Source: Ruminococcaceae bacterium UBA1244 (GTDB taxonomy: Bacteria; Bacillota; Clostridia; Oscillospirales; Acutalibacteraceae). Taken from it: DNA of 44,769 nt. The position numbers and the translations under genes were made by a program. The stretch covers positions 937 through 45,705 of the forward strand of contig DBWG01000096.1 in the NCBI GenBank assembly GCA_002308635.1. The letters are read 5' to 3'. The notes below the pieces were generated by a model. That model did no database searches. It was given only the letters and a program-made list of their open reading frames with translations, and was not told where the DNA came from. Every line of letters begins with the position of its first letter. Within the stretch, counting starts at the first letter, position 1. Below, piece after piece: positions 36,780 through 44,769 of this stretch.

Positions 36780-36902
36780 TTCGCATCACCTGAGGTTATT
36801 GTATCACACTGTTTTTGATTTGAAAAGAGTTTTTTACAAAAAAATCGGAATTTTTTGCCAAAAATGTTCTTTTGCCTGCTGTTCAGGGTAAAAAACGTCC
36901 CA

Positions 36903-37050
36903 TCAATAGCAATCCAAAATAATAATATCAAAACAGCGGAGAGTGGAGTGCGGCTTTTATTATAAGTTTAGACGTGGAATGAATAGCCAAAGCGCCCCGC
37001 AAGGGGCGTGATGCGGACGGATGCTATTAAATTTTCTGCGTTTCAAACAC
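36903..37050. repeat. third locus of the repeat family (composite of two modules)
   Basis: 36906-36949 matches modules of the 4562-4636 element. 36951-37047 aligns to 30864-30957, including AGCCAAAGCG-CCCC-GCAA-GGGG-CGTGATGCGGA and TTTTCTGCGTT. Confidence 0.7.
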
Positions 37051-37086
37051 GTCCAGTGCGGTCACGCACCGCCGGATAAAAGAGTG

Positions 37087-37115
37087 TTGCGAAGGAGAAA
37101 GTGATGTGGTATAAT
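37087..37115 (+). promoter_or_regulatory. extended -10 sigma-A promoter of xth
   Basis: TTGCGA (37087-37092), 17 nt spacer, TGG-TATAAT (TATAAT 37110-37115). Confidence 0.5.
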
Positions 37116-37146
37116 GTAGAATGGAGTAAAATCTAAGAAGAAGGGA

Positions 37147-37920
37147 ATGGTAGCTACGAGATTCATCTCATGGAACGTAAACGGACTGAGGGCTTGTCTG
37201 CAAAAGGGCTTTGTGGATTTTTATAACAGTGAGCAGGCGGATTTTGTGTGCCTTCAGGAAACGAAAATGCAGGAGGATCAGGCTGACGTGCCGATAGAGT
37301 GCGATAAGTATTTCAACAGCGCCGAAAAGAAGGGCTATTCCGGCACAGCGATATTCACATCTCACAAGCCTGTTTCCGTCACCTATAACGGAATGGATAT
37401 CGACCTTCATGCCCATGAAGGAAGAATGATAACCTTTGAAACAGAAAAATTCTACCTTATAAACGTCTATACCCCGAATTCACAGGACGGTCTGAAAAGG
37501 CTTGACTACAGGATGCAGTGGGAGGACGATTTCAGGGACTACATAATGAGGCTTGACAAAATAAAGCCCGTTATCCTCTGCGGTGACCTTAATGTTGCTC
37601 ATAACGAGATAGACCTCAAAAATCCGAAGACCAACAGGGGCAATGCGGGATTCTCAGACGAGGAAAGAGAAAAGATCGGCAGACTGCTCGATTCCGGCTT
37701 TGTTGACAGCTTCCGCTATCTTCATCCCGATGAGACCGGCAGATATTCATGGTGGTCATACAGGTTCAACGCACGAAAGAACAACGCAGGATGGCGCATA
37801 GACTACTTTATAGTTTCGGAGCGCATCAAGGATAAGATCACAAGGGCTGATATCCTCTCTGACGTATACGGCAGCGACCACTGTCCGGTCGTCCTTGAAA
37901 TTGATATTCAGGAGGCGTAA
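37147..37920 (+). CDS. xth: exodeoxyribonuclease III
   Basis: ISWNVNGLRA, LQETK, CGDLNVAH and GSDHCPV motifs of the EEP/ExoIII family; 257 aa. Confidence 0.93.
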   Translation: MVATRFISWNVNGLRACLQKGFVDFYNSEQADFVCLQETKMQEDQADVPIECDKYFNSAEKKGYSGTAIFTSHKPVSVTYNGMDIDLHAHEGRMITFETEKFYLINVYTPNSQDGLKRLDYRMQWEDDFRDYIMRLDKIKPVILCGDLNVAHNEIDLKNPKTNRGNAGFSDEEREKIGRLLDSGFVDSFRYLHPDETGRYSWWSYRFNARKNNAGWRIDYFIVSERIKDKITRADILSDVYGSDHCPVVLEIDIQEA

Positions 37921-37923
37921 ATA

Positions 37924-38856
37924 ATGATCGAAGTAAAAAACATCACAAAGCACTACGGCAGGCGCACGGCGGTGGACGATGTGAGCTTCAACGTAAATAA
38001 GGGCGATGTACTCGGATTTCTCGGGCCCAACGGAGCCGGCAAAACTACCACGATGAACATTATAACCGGCTACATATCAAGCGACAGCGGTGAGGTGCTT
38101 ATCGACGGCAAAAGCATACTTGACGACCCGAAGGAGGCAAAGAAGCTTATCGGCTACCTTCCCGAAATGCCGCCGCTTTATAACGACATGACGGTACAGA
38201 AATATCTCGAATTCATGTTCAGGCTCAAAAAGGTAAAGCTTCCGATGAAGGAGCATATCGCCTCTGTCTGCAAAATGGTACAGATAGATGATATCACCGA
38301 CAGGATCATAAAGCATCTTTCAAAGGGCTACCGTCAGCGTGTGGGACTTGCGCAGGCGCTTTTGGGAGATCCGCCGGTGCTGATACTCGACGAGCCTTCT
38401 GTGGGACTTGACCCCGCCCAGATGATCGGGATGAGAAACCTCATCAAAGAACTCGGCAAAAAGCATACCGTCATACTTTCATCACACGTTCTGTCTGAGA
38501 TACAGAGCGTATGCGGGAGGATAGTCGTTATCAACAACGGAAGGATCGCCGCAGAAGGAAAGACCGACGAGCTTACCGGCACGGCAAGGGGTACGACCAT
38601 GATGCGCATTGTTATCGAGGGCAGGGAACAGGCAGGCTATTCCATGCTCAAAAATATCGACAGCGTAACGAGGGTATACAAAAAAGGCGAGACCGAAAAG
38701 GGCTGCTATGAGTTCCTTGTTGAAAGCACAAGGGATGTGCGCAGGCTGATCTACAGGACTATCGCAAAGAGCGACCTCAATATCATGGCAATGCAGCCCG
38801 CAGGACATTCACTTGAAGAGATATTCCTCGATGTTGTTTCGGGGAACAATAACTGA
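37924..38856 (+). CDS. ABC transporter ATP-binding protein (ABC-2 / GldA-like)
   Basis: Walker A GPNGAGKTT, signature LSKGYRQR, Walker B VLILDEPSVGLD. Confidence 0.9.
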   Translation: MIEVKNITKHYGRRTAVDDVSFNVNKGDVLGFLGPNGAGKTTTMNIITGYISSDSGEVLIDGKSILDDPKEAKKLIGYLPEMPPLYNDMTVQKYLEFMFRLKKVKLPMKEHIASVCKMVQIDDITDRIIKHLSKGYRQRVGLAQALLGDPPVLILDEPSVGLDPAQMIGMRNLIKELGKKHTVILSSHVLSEIQSVCGRIVVINNGRIAAEGKTDELTGTARGTTMMRIVIEGREQAGYSMLKNIDSVTRVYKKGETEKGCYEFLVESTRDVRRLIYRTIAKSDLNIMAMQPAGHSLEEIFLDVVSGNNN

Positions 38857-38870
38857 CAGGAGGTCTGTAT

Positions 38871-39575
38871 ATGTTCGCAATATTCAAGCGTGAGCTTGGC
38901 TCCTATTTCACATCGCCTGTGGGCTATGTTGTAATAGCCGCATTCATGGTTTTCAACGGTATTTTCTTTTATATTGACTGTCTCTATGACGGCACATCAA
39001 ATATGTACAGCGTTTTTCAGAGTATGTTCTACATACTGATGTTCATAATCCCGCTGCTTACGATGAGACTTTTTTCTGAGGACAGGCGCACAAAGACAGA
39101 TCAGGCACTCCTCACCGCACCTGTTGGCATACCGTCAATAGTATGCGCAAAATATCTTTCGGCGCTTGCGATGCTTGCACTCTGTCTCTTGGGCTATGCA
39201 GCAGACGGTATAGTTCTTTCTTTCGTAGCGTCGCCGGACTGGGGAGTAATACTCGGAAATATCATCGCCATGCTGCTTATGGGTTCGGCATTCATTTCCA
39301 TAGGCGTTTTTGTATCGTCGCTGACCGAGAGCGTTATCGTTGCGGCGGTGTTCTCCTTTGCGATAAACGCCCTGATAAGCATGATCGACAATATCACTTC
39401 CACAATTCCCTGGAACTGGCTCAAGGATGCTCTCAGCACGGTATCATTTCAGGCAAAGGCGGATAATTTTTCGCTGGGACTTGTTCCTGCTGCGGATGTG
39501 GTATTCTTTGCCAGCGTTACATTTATGTTCCTGTTCTTCACCGACAGGATAATCGACAGAAGAAGATGGGCTTAA
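38871..39575 (+). CDS. ABC-2 type transporter permease (GldF-like)
   Basis: MFAIFKRELGSYFTSPVGYVVIAAF... N-terminus, 6 hydrophobic segments, directly after the ATPase. Confidence 0.8.
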   Translation: MFAIFKRELGSYFTSPVGYVVIAAFMVFNGIFFYIDCLYDGTSNMYSVFQSMFYILMFIIPLLTMRLFSEDRRTKTDQALLTAPVGIPSIVCAKYLSALAMLALCLLGYAADGIVLSFVASPDWGVILGNIIAMLLMGSAFISIGVFVSSLTESVIVAAVFSFAINALISMIDNITSTIPWNWLKDALSTVSFQAKADNFSLGLVPAADVVFFASVTFMFLFFTDRIIDRRRWA

Positions 39576-39590
39576 AGCGGAGGTGCAGAT

Positions 39591-41156
39591 ATGAACGAAG
39601 AAGAAAAAATGCCGATCGACGAGGCAGTGAACGAAGAAGAGGAACTGAACGAAGCGCCCCGTGAGCCTGAAACGGAACAGGCTCCAGAAAAGCCTGAAAC
39701 GGAACAAACTCCCGAAAATAAAACGTCAAAGCCCATGTCCCGCAAAAGGAAGCATGGCATCATCTCGCTGATAACGACAGTCATCGTTGTTGCTGCGGTG
39801 GTGCTGGTCAACATTATCGCATCAGCGATAAGCAGCAAAAACTACGGTCTGACAGCCGACCTTACAAAGCTGCGCTCCTTTGAGCTGACAGAAACGACAC
39901 AGGGAGTAATGTCAAGGCTTGACAAGAAGGTCACCATCTCGTTTATGTCCGACAGAAGCTCATACATATCCCTCGATTCCTACTGCAAGCAGACGGTCTT
40001 TATCGCTGAGGAAATGGCGAAATGCTCCAAGGGAACTCTCAGCGTTGAATACGTTGACCTTGTCCGCAACCCGTCCTATGCCGATGATTTCGACAGGAAC
40101 GAACTCAATACGACAGATATCATTGTGTCCTGCGGAGAGAACAAACAGATACTGACGGTTTCCGACATCTTCAATTTTGAGGACTATTCCGGAAGCTACA
40201 AATATATAGTATCGTCCTCTGCCGAAAGAAAGCTGAATAACGCAGTTCTTGCCGTTTCAAACGACATGGTGATAAAGGCGGTGCTTCTCACGGACAACAC
40301 GGACGCAGATTATTCCTACTTCAAAAGGATGCTCACCTACAACGGTTATGATGTGAGCGAGACAGCCCTGAACAAGGAGGATATCCCTGCGGATGCCGAT
40401 ATGGCAGTGCTTTTTGCACCGTCAGCGGACTATTCGGAGGATGCCGTAAGAAGGCTTGAAAGCTTCCTCTGCAACGGCGGAAAATATGGAAAGACGCTTC
40501 TCTTTGCGGCAAACCCGACAGATGTTTCGACCCCGAACCTCGATTCCTTCCTTGAAAAATACAATATTTATTTCGGCATGGGCTATGCCTATGATACCGG
40601 AGAGAAGATATTTATGAACGATTCACTCACCGGCGTTTCCGCATCTCAGGCAGAAAGCACGATACCTGTTATTGATATCGACGATTCAAAGCCGGTCGTC
40701 ATCCCGATAAAGACAAGACCTGTCGGATTTGACAGCGATGAAGGCACATCTCCGCTGCTCGTTTATTCCGAAAAGTCCGGCATGGTTCCGTTCAGCGCAG
40801 GCGAGGACTGGGATCCCGAAGGCTCCGTTGTCGGAAACGTATGTGTCCTCGGAATGGCGGATGTCGGATCGGAGGAAAAGTCGTATATTCTTGCCGCAGG
40901 ATCATACACGATGTTCGACAGGAGCTTTGCAGTTCCCGAAACGTCCGACAAGCTTTACTATACTTATGTTCTCGATTGGGTAAATGACCGTGAAATTGAA
41001 AGAGCTGATGATATCCCCGACAAGGTGATCTCAAAATATGACATTGATATCGACAAGCAGACGGCAGTAAACCTTGGATTCATAGTCTATGCCCTGATAC
41101 CCCTGCTGATACTCGGCACCGGCTTCACTGTTTATCTGATGAGAAAGAACAGATAA
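39591..41156 (+). CDS. GldG-like auxiliary protein of an uncharacterised ABC transport system
   Basis: Acidic N-terminus with a 27 nt / 9 aa direct repeat (AGCCTGAAACGGAACA at 39664 and 39691; PETEQAPEK / PETEQTPEN). TM segments near both termini. Assigned mainly from its position after the ABC-2 permease. Confidence 0.6.
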   Translation: MNEEEKMPIDEAVNEEEELNEAPREPETEQAPEKPETEQTPENKTSKPMSRKRKHGIISLITTVIVVAAVVLVNIIASAISSKNYGLTADLTKLRSFELTETTQGVMSRLDKKVTISFMSDRSSYISLDSYCKQTVFIAEEMAKCSKGTLSVEYVDLVRNPSYADDFDRNELNTTDIIVSCGENKQILTVSDIFNFEDYSGSYKYIVSSSAERKLNNAVLAVSNDMVIKAVLLTDNTDADYSYFKRMLTYNGYDVSETALNKEDIPADADMAVLFAPSADYSEDAVRRLESFLCNGGKYGKTLLFAANPTDVSTPNLDSFLEKYNIYFGMGYAYDTGEKIFMNDSLTGVSASQAESTIPVIDIDDSKPVVIPIKTRPVGFDSDEGTSPLLVYSEKSGMVPFSAGEDWDPEGSVVGNVCVLGMADVGSEEKSYILAAGSYTMFDRSFAVPETSDKLYYTYVLDWVNDREIERADDIPDKVISKYDIDIDKQTAVNLGFIVYALIPLLILGTGFTVYLMRKNR

Positions 41157-41169
41157 CGGAGGTGACTGC

Positions 41170-42651
41170 ATGAAAAAGAATGTAAGGAATCTTATCATTG
41201 CCGCATCCGCCGCCGCAGTGCTTGGAGGTGTGCTTGCGGCAGTAATGCTCATTCCGGACAGCAAGGAGATCAATGAGTCGGACAACAGACCGTCCGTGAT
41301 CTTCAACAAAACGGATTGTGTTCCCGAGATGATAACCGTCAAAAACAGAGGCGGTGAGTTTGAGCTTTTGGCTTATGACTACAGTAGCAAAGTCCCGAAG
41401 CAGCAGAGTCAGATTACCCTGACCTCAGAAATACCTATCGAAGGCCTTACGGACTATGAAGAGGATATCTATGTCGAATACACCATGCAGGATCACGAAG
41501 ACCTCAAGCTTTCAAAGACCCTTACCGACAAGATGTATGAGGAGCTGAGAAATATCACGGCTCTCAAGACCATAGACAAAAGCTCCTCAAAATATTCGGA
41601 ATACGGTCTTGATGAACCCGAATCCACAGTATCTGTCACATTCAGCGACAATTCAAGCTACACCATTGATCTCGGCAATGAGTCGCCCGAAGGTGAGGGC
41701 GCATATATAAAGATCGGCGGAGACGAAAATGTATATCTCGTTGACAAAAACACGATAACCTGCTTCTATTTTGAAAAGCTGCAGATGTTTGACAAAAGTC
41801 TCGGAAGAGAGATAGAGGACGTAACGTCGCTGACTCTCGGCGGAACGGCTTACAGCAGTGAGATAAATATTGGTCTTAATACGGCATCCTGTTATTCTCA
41901 GAAATATAAGATGGACGGACAGGACGGCGGGCTGTGCGATGATAACAGGACTGATGAAATGATAAGCAATGTAGAGGGCTGCCACGCAACATGGATAAGC
42001 GCCATCGATGTCACGGACGAGGATATCAGAAAATACGGTCTCGACAAGCCGTACAAAAGAGTGAAGCTCGAGGGCAGTGACGGCAGTTTTGTTGAGATCA
42101 TAGCCGGCAGTCCGGATGAGGAAAACAAATTCTATCTTATGAACACCGGCGGAAAGATAATCTATCAGTCCGATCCGGACGAGTCGCCGTGGTACGGCGC
42201 AGACAGAAGCACCCTGCTCACCGACAATGTGTTCGGCTGCATCGTAAACATGACGGAGAGCCTTGAAGTCACATACGGCGGAAAGACCGAAAAATATACC
42301 GTGACCCGCATCCGTTCACTGACGGAGGATTATACCGAAAACTATACCTACAGGGTGTCTCTCGGAGACAAGACCGTTGCCTTCGGCAATTACTCGCAGT
42401 TTATCGGCAAGCTTTCCGAATTTGAACGCACCGGAGAGAAGCCCGCATCGCTTGCAGGCTGTACGGAATCGTTCCGTGCGAAGCTGAGCTATCGTGAAAA
42501 CGAAACATTGACCGATGAGATAATAATATATAAGGATAAGAATAACAAGGCGGTCTTTGTACTCAACGGCAGGATCGTATGCTATGTAGACCCGTCTTAT
42601 GCCGATGAGGTCTCCGGCTTTATCCCCGAATTGAGTAAAATATACGAATAA
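41170..42651 (+). CDS. DUF4340-like membrane-anchored protein
   Basis: N-terminal anchor LIIAASAAAVLGGVLAAVMLI. 493 aa extracytoplasmic protein. The usual fourth gene of GldG-type ABC operons, so the assignment is context-based. Confidence 0.5.
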   Translation: MKKNVRNLIIAASAAAVLGGVLAAVMLIPDSKEINESDNRPSVIFNKTDCVPEMITVKNRGGEFELLAYDYSSKVPKQQSQITLTSEIPIEGLTDYEEDIYVEYTMQDHEDLKLSKTLTDKMYEELRNITALKTIDKSSSKYSEYGLDEPESTVSVTFSDNSSYTIDLGNESPEGEGAYIKIGGDENVYLVDKNTITCFYFEKLQMFDKSLGREIEDVTSLTLGGTAYSSEINIGLNTASCYSQKYKMDGQDGGLCDDNRTDEMISNVEGCHATWISAIDVTDEDIRKYGLDKPYKRVKLEGSDGSFVEIIAGSPDEENKFYLMNTGGKIIYQSDPDESPWYGADRSTLLTDNVFGCIVNMTESLEVTYGGKTEKYTVTRIRSLTEDYTENYTYRVSLGDKTVAFGNYSQFIGKLSEFERTGEKPASLAGCTESFRAKLSYRENETLTDEIIIYKDKNNKAVFVLNGRIVCYVDPSYADEVSGFIPELSKIYE

Positions 42652-42768
42652 AAAGATTTGTTTCTGCTGAATTTATAATTTTTGGTGTTTTGGCTGAAAG
42701 TTGAACATGATGTACATTTTTTACTTAAAATTATTGTAGGTTTTTTTTTAAAAAAAACTATATTTATC

Positions 42769-42797
42769 TTGATTCATTTCATTTTTGATGGTATAAT
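42769..42797 (+). promoter_or_regulatory. extended -10 sigma-A promoter of the WYL regulator gene
   Basis: TTGATT (42769-42774), 17 nt spacer, TGG-TATAAT (TATAAT 42792-42797). A T9A8 tract at 42741-42757 lies just upstream. Confidence 0.5.
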
Positions 42798-42851
42798 GAT
42801 TTTATTAAGAATTTGATGTAAAAAATCGGATCTATATCCGGAGGTGTAGAA

Positions 42852-43934
42852 ATGTCTAAAGGGGACAACAGACTTAAAATTTTATACGTTATTGATGAAC
42901 TGAAGCAAAACAGCAAAACAAAAAGCTTTGATGACCCTACCCGTTATCTGAGCGCAAGCAGACTTATTGAGATCCTTGATGAAAAGTACGGCCTTTCTGC
43001 TGACAGAAAATCCGTATACAACTATATCGAGAGCCTCACAAAATACGGCTTCGATATACAGAAAAGCAGAAGGGGCTATTATCTCTGCGAACACTATGAC
43101 TCTTCCAAAAGCGATGAGGAATTTGAGCTTGCGGAACTGAAAATGATCGTTGATGCACTTGCATCATCAAGATTTATCTCCGCCCAAAAGACCAGAACTA
43201 TCATAGAGAAGCTCCGTCATCTCACGTCAGAGGGTGCAGATTCTCTCCGCAACAGACAGGTATATCTTGAAAAGTCAGTAAAAAGCGACAATTTTTCTGT
43301 TATATACAGCATTGATGCGATCCACAGCGCTATTATCCAAAACAAAAAGATCAGATTCAAATATCAGAAGACCATCGTGAATTTTGACCTTCCGTCCGGC
43401 AGGCTCGTTTCAGAAAATAAGCTCGGACCTGACGGTGAGGATAAGATATATTTTCAGAGCCCATACGCTCTCGTCTGGAAAAATGAGTATTATTATCTTA
43501 TATGCTATGATTCCGAAACCCGCTCGCCAAAGACCTTCCGTGTTGACCGCATGAAGGACGTTATCGTTATGGAGGATCAGGAACGTGAAGGAGGAAAATA
43601 TTTCGGAGAGATCAGCATAAACGAATATGCAAACACCGCATTTTCAATGTACGGCGGCGAGACCATCAATATAGTGCTGAAGGTCAACAAGGAGCTTGCC
43701 GGAGTCATCGCCGACCGCTTCGGAAAGGATATGAGCATCTATCACGATGACGACCCGCATTTCTTCCGCTGTTCCGTCAACGTCCAGAAGAGCAATCAGT
43801 TCTATTCATGGCTCAGCGGTTTCGGTACCGACATGGAACTTATCTTCCCGAAGGATATAAAAGACGAATATGTTTCCTATCTTGAATCGCTTGTTTCACT
43901 TTACAAGAAATCAGCGAACAGTGCCGCTGAATAA
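42852..43934 (+). CDS. WYL domain-containing transcriptional regulator (wHTH-WYL-WCX architecture)
   Basis: N-terminal wHTH (SASRLIEILDEKYGLSADRKSVYNYIESLTKYGFDIQKSRRGYYL). WYL core PYALVWKNEYYYLICYDSETRSPKTFRVDRM. C-terminal extension. Confidence 0.72.
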   Translation: MSKGDNRLKILYVIDELKQNSKTKSFDDPTRYLSASRLIEILDEKYGLSADRKSVYNYIESLTKYGFDIQKSRRGYYLCEHYDSSKSDEEFELAELKMIVDALASSRFISAQKTRTIIEKLRHLTSEGADSLRNRQVYLEKSVKSDNFSVIYSIDAIHSAIIQNKKIRFKYQKTIVNFDLPSGRLVSENKLGPDGEDKIYFQSPYALVWKNEYYYLICYDSETRSPKTFRVDRMKDVIVMEDQEREGGKYFGEISINEYANTAFSMYGGETINIVLKVNKELAGVIADRFGKDMSIYHDDDPHFFRCSVNVQKSNQFYSWLSGFGTDMELIFPKDIKDEYVSYLESLVSLYKKSANSAAE

Positions 43935-43948
43935 ATAAACAACCAAAG

Positions 43949-43985
43949 AACCGGAGTACGCTTTGTGCGGCTCCGGTTTTTTTGT
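43949..43985 (+). terminator. rho-independent terminator
   Basis: CCGGAG...CTCCGG stem (43951-43976) followed by T7. Confidence 0.7.
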
Positions 43986-44116
43986 CCATAAAATGCTAAA
44001 AGTGAAAATTATGACAGTATCAAAAAAATGAGAATAATGAAATGCCGTCCTTTTGATATATGCCTTCACTAATTTGTGATATATTGAATAAGATGTAGGG
44101 AAAGGAGAGTTGCAAA

Positions 44117-44323
44117 ATGGATGTTATCAAAGAGCTGCAAAACTCTGAATATTTTATAATGCCGTTTCCAAAGGATACCTCACTTGCAATGGCTTATGTT
44201 CCGTTCCAGAACGCCGGTAAAATGTATTCCGCAGAGCAGGGAGTATGTGTAGGAACACTGTTTCCTGAGCTGAACAAGCCCTTTGACCCGAAAAATATGT
44301 CAGGAGGCGATGAGGATGACTGA
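44117..44323 (+). CDS. cotJA: spore coat-associated protein CotJA
   Basis: LAMAYVPFQNAGKMYSAEQGVCVGTLFPELNKPF matches the CotJA signature; 68 aa. Confidence 0.85.
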   Translation: MDVIKELQNSEYFIMPFPKDTSLAMAYVPFQNAGKMYSAEQGVCVGTLFPELNKPFDPKNMSGGDEDD

Positions 44324-44567
44324 ACGTGAAAGGATGCTCAGAAGGCTGTCATCTCTTGATTTTGCCGCAGCAGAGCTTCATATCTATCTTGACACCCATC
44401 CCGATGATAACAGAACAGCGGATATACTGTCTGAATATAGATCACAAAGAGACGCAGTCCGCAGAGAATACGAAGAAAAATACGGACCACTCAGCAGTAT
44501 GAATGAAGACGGCAACCGCTGGGCATGGATATCCGACCCATGGCCTTGGGATAATCAGGAGGTGTGA
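44316..44567 (+). CDS. cotJB: spore coat protein CotJB
   Basis: LDFAAAELHIYLDTHPDD... CotJB signature. ATG 44316 lies 8 nt after AGGAGG (44302-44307) and overlaps the cotJA stop. Confidence 0.85.
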   Translation: MTERERMLRRLSSLDFAAAELHIYLDTHPDDNRTADILSEYRSQRDAVRREYEEKYGPLSSMNEDGNRWAWISDPWPWDNQEV

Positions 44568-44570
44568 TAT

Positions 44571-44769
44571 ATGTGGGTGTATGAGAAGAAGCTGCAGTAC
44601 CCGGTCAATATAAAGCAGACCAACGCAAAATTAGCAAAAATCATCATCTCTCAGTATGGCGGTGCGGACGGAGAACTTGGTGCATCGCTGAGATATCTCA
44701 GTCAAAGATACACAGTACCGTTTCCGGAAATAAAGGCTGTACTGACAGATATCGGCACGGAAGAATTAG
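44571..44769 (+). CDS. cotJC: CotJC manganese-catalase family spore coat protein, 3' end outside the window
   Basis: MWVYEKKLQYPVNIKQTNAKLAKIIISQYGGADGELGASLRYLSQRY... is the typical CotJC N-terminus. The ORF runs off the right edge. Confidence 0.85.
   Translation, partial: MWVYEKKLQYPVNIKQTNAKLAKIIISQYGGADGELGASLRYLSQRYTVPFPEIKAVLTDIGTEEL

Overview
This 44.8 kb window looks like chromosomal DNA from a spore-forming Firmicute, probably a Clostridia / Ruminococcaceae-like organism at roughly 45% GC. That placement rests only on gene content and synteny. About 49 tightly packed genes are almost all core housekeeping or sporulation functions. Main blocks: comM/yifB, a SigH-like sigma factor, recJ-relA-dtd-MBL hydrolase-hemZ, the Bacillus-type yabM-mazG-(hup)-yabO-yabP-yabQ-divIC-yabR cluster, hpf, trkA-trkH, rsmA, gpsA, pgi, galU, xth, an ABC/ABC-2/GldG-like/DUF4340 operon, a WYL regulator, and cotJA-cotJB-cotJC (cut by the right edge). 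I found no rRNA, tRNA, CRISPR array, transposase, integrase or recognisable multi-gene defence system. The least ordinary feature is non-coding: a modular, hairpin-rich intergenic repeat family at four loci (4562-4636, 30761-30957, 33060-33246, 36903-37050). It includes a 3 x 51 bp tandem array, a perfect 19 bp stem, and a GCAA-tetraloop hairpin that carries a compensatory base-pair change between copies. Its chimeric arms bracket a 2.1 kb block holding pgi and a minimal P-loop ATPase. Lower-interest items are an orphan JAB/MPN protein, a promoter-proximal terminator-like leader, an orphan WYL regulator and several conserved unknowns. Family names come from motif recognition by eye, not database searches. 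Most start codons were refined from the ORF track by RBS spacing and are approximate.
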